A model generated the notes under the pieces. The model did not search any database. It saw only the letters and a program-made list of their open reading frames with translations, and was not told the origin of the DNA. A stretch of DNA of 64,000 nucleotides from Candidatus Saccharimonadota bacterium. Its GTDB lineage: Bacteria > Patescibacteriota > Saccharimonadia > Saccharimonadales > Saccharimonadaceae. Of the stretch, positions 57,225-64,000 are shown piece after piece. Both the position numbers and the translations under genes were made by a program. The DNA lies in contig CAJPON010000001.1 in the NCBI GenBank assembly GCA_905372275.1, positions 23,569-87,568 of the forward strand. The letters are read 5' to 3'. Every line of letters starts with the position of its first letter. The first letter of the stretch is position 1.

Positions 57225-57896
57225 TTATTGCGGAGAGATGGCGCCAGCTGGCTGTTTGACGCGGCGGTCGACATGCTGCCCGCGCGACATGGCGCGATTG
57301 ATTTTGTCGCGAATAGCAGCGGCTTTCTCTTTCTGGCCGTTGCGATCGTACGAATCGGCTAAGATGTTAATACTTTGAATGCTTGGCTCTAAGGTGACGG
57401 CGCGTTCAAGGTGCTGCAAGACAAGCTTGGCGTTGCCGAGTTTTTCTTGTACTTTGGCGTAGGCAATGTGACGTGAAGCAACTTCTTCTTCCATCTCTAG
57501 GGCCTGCTCGAATGCCAGGGCGGCCTTTTCGTAACTTTCGGTTTCGTAGTAAATCAAGCCGACGTTGTGCAGGCTCGAAGCGCTTGGCTCGAGGCTCTGG
57601 GCGATTTCAAAGCATTCGATAGCGTCATCGTAGGCATGTTGCTTGGCATACAAAATACCTAGACGGTTGTAAGCGTTGGCGTTTTTGGCGTCGATACGCA
57701 GAATGGTCAGCAAGGCTTTTTCGGCGCGCAGATATTTTTGCGCCTTGAGCGATTCTTGAGCGATTTCCCAGAGCTTATCAAGCTTTGACGATAATTTCGC
57801 TGGTAAGTCGCCTGCGATGTCTTCGGGTGACTGGCGGTACGCGACTGCAGCGGCGCCTAGTCCCAGAACCAGTAAAAATCCAAACATACTATGCAT
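57225..57896 (-). CDS. membrane-anchored TPR protein
   Basis: AYNRLGILY, HNVGLIYY TPR repeats. Confidence 0.85.
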   Translation of the reverse strand: MHSMFGFLLVLGLGAAAVAYRQSPEDIAGDLPAKLSSKLDKLWEIAQESLKAQKYLRAEKALLTILRIDAKNANAYNRLGILYAKQHAYDDAIECFEIAQSLEPSASSLHNVGLIYYETESYEKAALAFEQALEMEEEVASRHIAYAKVQEKLGNAKLVLQHLERAVTLEPSIQSINILADSYDRNGQKEKAAAIRDKINRAMSRGQHVDRRVKQPAGAISPQ

Positions 57897-57911
57897 TATT
57901 ATAGCACATAA

Positions 57912-58733
57912 TCACGCAACCAAAGCGGCAAGCTGAAGCTTGATATTGCCGTTGGCGGCGATGCGCTCGTAGGTTTCGCTGAGACGAGCTAGCTTGTCGA
58001 TGGTAGCTGGCGTGTTGTTTTTGGCGGCGGCATTTTGGACGAGCAGAATGCTATAGCGTAGCAACTCTAAGGTGTCTTTGCGGTCGGTGTATCGAGCAGC
58101 AACAGTTAGTTTATTATTCATCGGACCAGCAATTAATGCTTGCGAGTCTTTGATGACGGCGCCGATATCGGCGAGTTCGCTAGGTTTGTCAGCTAAGCGC
58201 GAAATTAATGCTGGCCGGCCGTTTGCTAGAAACATAATTTGAGTAATCGCTGTAGTGTCAAGCTGCCGATATTTAGCGATGAGCAGCCGGCTAGCCTCCT
58301 CAGAAACCGGGCGGATAGTAAGCCGCTCGACGCGCGACATGATAGTCGGCAGCAGCAAATTCGGCTGGTGCGATGTTAATATAAAATGAATGTTGCGGGC
58401 TGGTTCCTCTAATAATTTCAAGAAAGCATTTTGCGCCTGATGATTCATGGCGCTAGCATCGTCGATAACATAAATCGCCTTACTATTAGCGACACCGCGG
58501 GTGTATTGGCGCAGATCGCGGATTTGGTCGATGCGAATGACGCCGCTTGCATCGGCTTGTCCGTCTTTGTTGGTGGGCTGAATAATTCCAGCAAGTGCTG
58601 GGCCGGCTAAGTATTTGGCTGTAGTTAGCAGACCAGCGCCATCAGCGCCTGTCAAAAGTAAGGCTTGCGGTAGACTGCGGGCTAGCGTTTGAATTTGTCG
58701 CTCGGTTGACGGCTCAAAGATTAGGCTCATCAT
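57912..58733 (-). CDS. holB: DNA polymerase III delta-prime-like clamp-loader subunit
   Basis: IRIDQIR, AQNAFLKLLEEP, LLPTIMSR. Confidence 0.8.
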   Translation of the reverse strand: MMSLIFEPSTERQIQTLARSLPQALLLTGADGAGLLTTAKYLAGPALAGIIQPTNKDGQADASGVIRIDQIRDLRQYTRGVANSKAIYVIDDASAMNHQAQNAFLKLLEEPARNIHFILTSHQPNLLLPTIMSRVERLTIRPVSEEASRLLIAKYRQLDTTAITQIMFLANGRPALISRLADKPSELADIGAVIKDSQALIAGPMNNKLTVAARYTDRKDTLELLRYSILLVQNAAAKNNTPATIDKLARLSETYERIAANGNIKLQLAALVA

Positions 58734-59889
58734 CTAGCTCCGGGAAAAGTTTGGTAAATTCGCCAGGCAGCGGCGCGACGAACGTTTGGCGCTTACCGGG
58801 CTGTGTAGTAATTTCTAATTTGTAAGCATGCAGATAGAGGCGATCGGCAGATTTGCCATAGACGCGGTCGCCGTGAATCGGCGTGTGTAAATGACGCAGA
58901 TGAACGCGCAGCTGATGAGTGCGCCCAGTCTGCGGGCAGAGTTTAATAGCGCTGAGATTGTGATGCGTGGCGAGCGTTTGGTAAATAGTTTGCGCTGGCT
59001 TGCCATTTGGGTCGGGGCGAAAGGTACTGGGTGCCGACGGGTTGCGACCAATCGGGATATCAATTTTGGCAGTTGGTGGTTGCGGTGTACCGTCGACGAT
59101 GGCTAGATATGTTTTCTTGGCGAGATGTTGCGAGAATTGTTTTTTGAGCAATTCAAAAGCTTCGGGAGTACGCGCCCCGATGATCACGCCGCTGGTGTCG
59201 CGGTCTAGCCGGTGGACGATGCCTGGGCGATTAGTCTCCAGTCCGACGGTGGTATAACGGCGGAAAAAGTCAGCGACCGTGAATTCGTCATTCAGCGCCC
59301 CCTTGCTATGAGTCAGAACGCCGACTGGTTTATTGACGACGATGACGCTATCGTCTAGATAAAGTATCGGTAGTTCCTCATCGCTGTAATCGGTAGCTTC
59401 GGGCAGATTGACAGCGATTTCGTCGGCTTCGGTGACTAACTGTCTGGCGCTTTTGGCTGGCGTACCGTTGACAGATATATTGCCAGATTTGATATATTTT
59501 TGCCAGGTTGAACGGCTGGTCTCTGGATAGCGTTTGGCTAGCAAACTATCCAGCCGCTGGCTGTCGCTCACTTGCTGAAACAGATATATGTCCTTGCCTT
59601 TGAATGGTAAACCGTAGGTAGTTAGCTCGCTGGTTGGGTTTTCGAAAATCACGCCGCGAGCGTCGCTTTTGGCGGTAAATATTTGCTCCATGATATAATT
59701 TTCGCGGTCTTCGGCGGTGTCGTCAATCAGCACGAAATAATGCTGGCGGTTAAAGCGAAAGCGCACCAGCTGATTGATTGGGTTAGGATTGCTGTTTTTG
59801 ATCTGGTCGATATGGCGCGGCAGGTTATCTGCGTTTGCTACGTTGAAGCGACGCAAGATCGCCAGTAAGTCATTGGCGGTGATTTTCAT
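58714..59889 (-). CDS. RluA/RluD-family pseudouridine synthase with S4 domain and N-terminal extension
   Basis: RLD S4 motif, NKP.G, HRLDRDTSG, TGRTHQLRVH. Confidence 0.92.
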   Translation of the reverse strand: MKITANDLLAILRRFNVANADNLPRHIDQIKNSNPNPINQLVRFRFNRQHYFVLIDDTAEDRENYIMEQIFTAKSDARGVIFENPTSELTTYGLPFKGKDIYLFQQVSDSQRLDSLLAKRYPETSRSTWQKYIKSGNISVNGTPAKSARQLVTEADEIAVNLPEATDYSDEELPILYLDDSVIVVNKPVGVLTHSKGALNDEFTVADFFRRYTTVGLETNRPGIVHRLDRDTSGVIIGARTPEAFELLKKQFSQHLAKKTYLAIVDGTPQPPTAKIDIPIGRNPSAPSTFRPDPNGKPAQTIYQTLATHHNLSAIKLCPQTGRTHQLRVHLRHLHTPIHGDRVYGKSADRLYLHAYKLEITTQPGKRQTFVAPLPGEFTKLFPELDDEPNL

Positions 59890-59949
59890 ACGATTACGCT
59901 GCTTCCCTGTTCAGACGGTTGGTTGCTCGAGGATTGGTGCATGTTGGCG

Positions 59950-60978
59950 TTATCTCCTAAGTCCCACGGCTTTTTGGACGCGGAGCAAGGTTTCGTTGGC
60001 GACGATGGTCATGGCGCGCTCGGACCGCTCGAGGACTTTCAATAAATCATCGTCGGTGATGGCGTTGAGGCGCGCTTGGAAGTTGCTCAAAAAGCTGGCT
60101 ACTGCTTCGGCTACGGCTTTTTTCAGCGGCCCGTATTGTGTTTGGCCAATCCACTCGGCATTGACTTCTTCTTGCGGCTGATCAGTTAAAATCGCCAAAA
60201 GCTGTAGTAAGTTGGTGATACCTGGCTGATTTTCCCAGTCAAAATTGATAACGCCAAGTGAATCGGTTGTTGCCGACATGATTTTCTTGTGAGCTTGTTC
60301 TGGCGTGTCGTTTAAATTAATTTTTGATTTTTGATCGTCCGAGCTCTTGCTCATTTTCTTGTGCGGATTGGTTAAGCTGCGAATGCGCAAACCTTTGTCG
60401 CGCTTGATAAACTCAGTTTGCTTGGCTGTAGAGTCAGGCACAGTGAATAATTCGCCGAACTTATTATTCATGCGAATGGCGATGTCGCGGGTGATTTCTA
60501 GATGCTGGAATTGGTCCTCGCCAACGGGCACATAGCGGGCATTATAGAGTAAGATATCGGCAGCCATCAACACCGGATAATTAAACAACCCGACACTGAC
60601 GTTGCTGCTGTGTTCGGCGGACTTTTCTTTGAACTGCGTCATGCGGCTCATCTCGCCGAAGCTAGTGAAGCAGTCTAAGATCCAAGTTAATTCGCTGTGC
60701 GCCGGGATAAAACTCTGGCGGTAAATAAAAGTATTTTCGTCTCTAGTGTCGAGCCCAGCGGCGATAAAATATTTAAGGTTTTTGAGGGTGTTGGCGTACA
60801 ACGCAGAATGGTCGATTGGCGTCGTAAAACTGTGCAAATCTGGCACAAACATGTTGATTTGGTACTCTCCTGCGTACTTTTTCTGCATTTGCACCATTGG
60901 CACGAACGCGCCGAGATAATTACCGAGCGTTGGCTCTTCGTTGGCGCGCACGCCAGTGAGAATTGTTTCTTTAGACAT
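59950..60978 (-). CDS. trpS: tryptophanyl-tRNA synthetase
   Basis: TLGNYLG, YPVLMAADIL, VPVGEDQ, KMSKS; start at MSKET. Confidence 0.96.
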   Translation of the reverse strand: MSKETILTGVRANEEPTLGNYLGAFVPMVQMQKKYAGEYQINMFVPDLHSFTTPIDHSALYANTLKNLKYFIAAGLDTRDENTFIYRQSFIPAHSELTWILDCFTSFGEMSRMTQFKEKSAEHSSNVSVGLFNYPVLMAADILLYNARYVPVGEDQFQHLEITRDIAIRMNNKFGELFTVPDSTAKQTEFIKRDKGLRIRSLTNPHKKMSKSSDDQKSKINLNDTPEQAHKKIMSATTDSLGVINFDWENQPGITNLLQLLAILTDQPQEEVNAEWIGQTQYGPLKKAVAEAVASFLSNFQARLNAITDDDLLKVLERSERAMTIVANETLLRVQKAVGLRR

Positions 60979-61078
60979 AGTATAATTATAACAGAGTACG
61001 CTTGTACTGTCATATTGAGCGCGACGATTGAGACAATTGCTGTTTGACGCTAGTGTTGGCTGCGTATACAATAGCGTT

Positions 61079-61294
61079 ATGAATAAAACTCAGTGTCGGA
61101 TTTCATATTACGTTTTCTTGTTTGCGTCGGCGCTAGTTTCGTATATTTCAATTGAGACATCTATGGATACGATGAGTGCTAAGCAGCCGCCAAACGTACC
61201 GCTTCATCTATTTGAATTCGCGCTAGCTATCGCGCTGGTGTGCGCGGCGTTGTATTTTCGGTATAAGGCTTATCGTGATGATGCTAAGAAATAG
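61079..61294 (+). CDS. small two-TM protein
   Basis: TTGACG...TACAAT 6 nt before ATG. Confidence 0.6.
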   Translation: MNKTQCRISYYVFLFASALVSYISIETSMDTMSAKQPPNVPLHLFEFALAIALVCAALYFRYKAYRDDAKK

Positions 61295-61297
61295 CTT

Positions 61298-63256
61298 TTA
61301 ATCGCGTATATCCTGGACTGGATTGCGGCGTACGTTGCGTAGCAGCGGTTGAATGCTGGCAATTAGGCTGACTATGAATATCGAGCTAACAACAGCTATA
61401 ATTATAGGCGATTCTAGGCTAAAAACGCTAAATTGCGGCGCGCTGCCAACTGTTCCGAAGGCTGTCGCTGCAGTGTCAGTTAGGTTTTTGCCGTAGGTAT
61501 TTGCTATAGCGAAAGCAGTTGCAATACCTAAAATCAGAGAGGCGATGACAATTCTTAGTGCTACAATTAAGACGTATATGATGTATATACAAGCGATATC
61601 TCGTCGTTTTGCGCCCATCGCGCGGTAAATGGCAGTTTCTTTACGGTTTTCTGCGATGATACGTGAAACAGTGAACCAAATTATAATTATTGCTAGTCCT
61701 AGTACTGTAGGCAGCGCGATGCTAGCGATTTGATTAAATAATTTTCCTATTTCGTCTAGGATCAGGTAATTTGATCCGTACGGGCTGGCGATAAACTGCT
61801 TAGCGCATTTATCATTAAACTCTAGGCAAGCCTCGTTGTCGAGGAACGCTCGCGCTTTTGCAACGCTAGAAAACTCTAAAATACGGGGAGTAAATTCACC
61901 TCTCATTAGCCGTACAGCCGTAGAATCTGCTTCTTGTTGCTGGATATCATCGAACTTTAGTTTTTCTGGCAGAGAATTGTACAGTTGAATAGGGATATCT
62001 AGTGCCGATGAAGAATCATGCGAAGCTAACAAATTCTTGATATATTCGCTAGCATTTTTCTTGTAATCGGTTTGCGGTTGCGCGTATTTAATGCCGACAA
62101 TTTGAAAAGTGAGCAATTTGTGCTTGGGTACTATATATGTCCCAAGTTTTTTCTGGTTGGCTTCGTTAGAATCGTCACTCTTCTTTTCGGTGGTAGTTCG
62201 CGTGTCGGACTTGACAGTGATATTGCCGCAGGCTTGCTTTGGGTAATCGTAAATCAAACTGGGCTTTTGGTAGTTTTTGTTGATTTCGTTGGCTTTTGTC
62301 TCGATATAATCTTGTTGGATTTTCTTGATCAGTGTTTGTTCGGTTGAATTGCGGTAGCAAACTTGATAAGTATAGCCGTTTAATTTTTCTTGGACGTTTT
62401 TAAGCCATGTAGATTTTTGGTTAGTGTCGGCCGGCTCGGCTTCAAGGTTAAGCTTCTTACCAAATAATGAGACGGCTTCTTGAACGGAGACCACCACTGG
62501 TATGCCGTTTAGGTGTGACGCATCGGTTGCTAGCATATAACGGCGTAGAAGCTGCTGGTCGGTGAAAGTATAGTTGCTATTATATATGGCGTTAGTGTAA
62601 TAGCCGTAAGTTGTCATATCGTCTGCTTTGGGGCTAGAGTTGCCGAAGTCTTCTTTGTCATTTTGGATTAGGCGTAGCGCGGGGATTTGGGGTAAACCGC
62701 TTATTTTGTCAACGATATAATAGCCAGCGGCGTCGTATTTGCTGCCGATTTCTTTGAGATTGGTTAGCTTGTTGTTGGCAGTTTTAGCGTATTTTTCAAA
62801 TTGCTGGTCATTGAAATCACTTATGACTGGCGAAGAAAAATTAACAGTCACTCGTTGTTCTTCTGGAAGTGAGTCGGGCATCCAAGAAGCTGGTAGCAGG
62901 GCTGGAGCTTCGGTGCTCTTGTCGTAAGCTAATCCCAGCGATTTATATTTGTCTTGCAAATTCTGATAGTATTTTTTCTCGAACGCTTTGAGTTCTCTAA
63001 TCTCTTCTAAGGATAGGTTGTTGGTGATTCCTAAAGCTTTGTTTGGTATATTTGGTGATACTTTGACAAGGTAGCGGTCGTTGCCAACTTTCTTTATAAA
63101 CATTTCTGCGCTCTTTTCGGCGCCAGTAAAGACAATAATTATGGCGATTAACGCCGCGAATAACAAGCTTGCCACGATAGTGGAAGCGAAAAGCATGCCG
63201 CATTTTGAATGAAGCTTGGTGCGGGCTAGTTTTACAGCGTACGATGGGCGAATCAT
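61298..63256 (-). CDS. FtsX/MacB-like ABC permease
   Basis: RKETAIYRAMGA, TM pattern; ATGA-type overlap with ATPase. Confidence 0.85.
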   Translation of the reverse strand: MIRPSYAVKLARTKLHSKCGMLFASTIVASLLFAALIAIIIVFTGAEKSAEMFIKKVGNDRYLVKVSPNIPNKALGITNNLSLEEIRELKAFEKKYYQNLQDKYKSLGLAYDKSTEAPALLPASWMPDSLPEEQRVTVNFSSPVISDFNDQQFEKYAKTANNKLTNLKEIGSKYDAAGYYIVDKISGLPQIPALRLIQNDKEDFGNSSPKADDMTTYGYYTNAIYNSNYTFTDQQLLRRYMLATDASHLNGIPVVVSVQEAVSLFGKKLNLEAEPADTNQKSTWLKNVQEKLNGYTYQVCYRNSTEQTLIKKIQQDYIETKANEINKNYQKPSLIYDYPKQACGNITVKSDTRTTTEKKSDDSNEANQKKLGTYIVPKHKLLTFQIVGIKYAQPQTDYKKNASEYIKNLLASHDSSSALDIPIQLYNSLPEKLKFDDIQQQEADSTAVRLMRGEFTPRILEFSSVAKARAFLDNEACLEFNDKCAKQFIASPYGSNYLILDEIGKLFNQIASIALPTVLGLAIIIIWFTVSRIIAENRKETAIYRAMGAKRRDIACIYIIYVLIVALRIVIASLILGIATAFAIANTYGKNLTDTAATAFGTVGSAPQFSVFSLESPIIIAVVSSIFIVSLIASIQPLLRNVRRNPVQDIRD

Positions 63257-63981
63257 GTGATAGCTCCGTCTTTTAATTCTATGACGCGGTCGGCTTGGTG
63301 GGCAATGCTCGCATCGTGAGTAACTATAACAATTGTCGAACCGAGAGTTGAGCGGATTTCGCGGAACAGATCGATAATTGATTGACTGTTGGTCGAATCC
63401 AAGTTGCCAGTTGGCTCGTCGGCCAGAATGATACGCGGATTGTTTATTAGCGCTCGAGCAATTGCGGCACGTTGAATTTGCCCGCCTGAAAGTTCTTTGG
63501 GTAGGCGGTTTGCGTACTCTTCTAGACCGACTTTTTGGAGTAGCCAAGTTACTTTGGCGTCGATAAGATTTTTCTTTTTAGCGGTAAACATGGCTGGTAC
63601 AGCAATATTGTCGCTAAGCTGCAAAAAAGGCTGTAGATAAAACGATTGAAAAACAAAGCCAATAGTATTTTGACGAAGCTGGCTGAGCTGGCTGTCGCGC
63701 AAGTTAGTCGTCTCCTTGGACTCGATGACAACAGATCCTGAGGTTGGCTGATCAAGGCAGCCGATAATTTGCAGTAGCGTACTTTTGCCGCTACCGCTAG
63801 CGCCAGTAATGGTGATAAGCTCGCCTTGTTTGATTGCCAGGTTTATTCTGCGAAGCGCTTTAACGGTTTGCTTGCCGAGTTTGTAGTCTTTCGAGACGTT
63901 ATTGAGGAAGATTGCTGTTTGGCTAGAATTCGTCGCGATTATGTTTTCTGATTTTTTGATGTTATCAGTGTTTGTATCCAT
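63253..63981 (-). CDS. ABC transporter ATP-binding protein (LolD/MacB-like)
   Basis: GASGSGKS, LSGGQ.QR, ADEPTGNLD. Confidence 0.93.
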   Translation of the reverse strand: MDTNTDNIKKSENIIATNSSQTAIFLNNVSKDYKLGKQTVKALRRINLAIKQGELITITGASGSGKSTLLQIIGCLDQPTSGSVVIESKETTNLRDSQLSQLRQNTIGFVFQSFYLQPFLQLSDNIAVPAMFTAKKKNLIDAKVTWLLQKVGLEEYANRLPKELSGGQIQRAAIARALINNPRIILADEPTGNLDSTNSQSIIDLFREIRSTLGSTIVIVTHDASIAHQADRVIELKDGAIT

Positions 63982-64000
63982 GTTGGTAATCCTTATGTGT

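Overview
The window looks like a piece of a small-genome CPR bacterium, most consistent with Saccharibacteria/TM7. This is inferred from gene content, apparently leaderless genes and the protein sequences; no search was run. The host flanks (1-21181 and 57156-64000) hold housekeeping genes (smpB, rplK-nusG-secE, rpmG, trpS, holB-like, RluA), a GT4-GH57-GH15 glucan cluster and five tRNAs. A ~36 kb podovirus-like prophage lies between 42-bp direct repeats (21141-21182 / 57114-57155). Unusually, the repeats duplicate the 5' half of tRNA-Thr(UGU), and the phage supplies a replacement promoter for that tRNA. All recognisable phage genes are on the minus strand, and I see no repressor, replication or late-activator gene. 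The non-coding DNA is instead rich in apparent RNA-level control elements. (1) A 15-nt hairpin motif (CGCCCCGACGYGGGA) occurs five times on covarying basal stems, at the 5' end of three late transcription units; in each leader an alternative fold hides the ribosome-binding or start region. (2) A 22-nt perfect inverted repeat brackets a two-gene moron and could unmask the SD of the next virion gene. (3) A 24-nt perfect antisense match links a short terminated RNA upstream of the integrase with the opposite prophage end. (4) An array of four unrelated hairpin cassettes, one a tRNA mimic, is joined by an identical CCAGTTGA linker inside a 17-bp inverted repeat. Also seen: a Tad1/Acb2-like anti-defence sponge, an endolysin-holin fusion with an internal start, a likely programmed -1 frameshift, and a broken C5 methyltransferase with a nested alternative-frame subunit. 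All RNA structures were derived by eye and need folding, covariation and expression tests.
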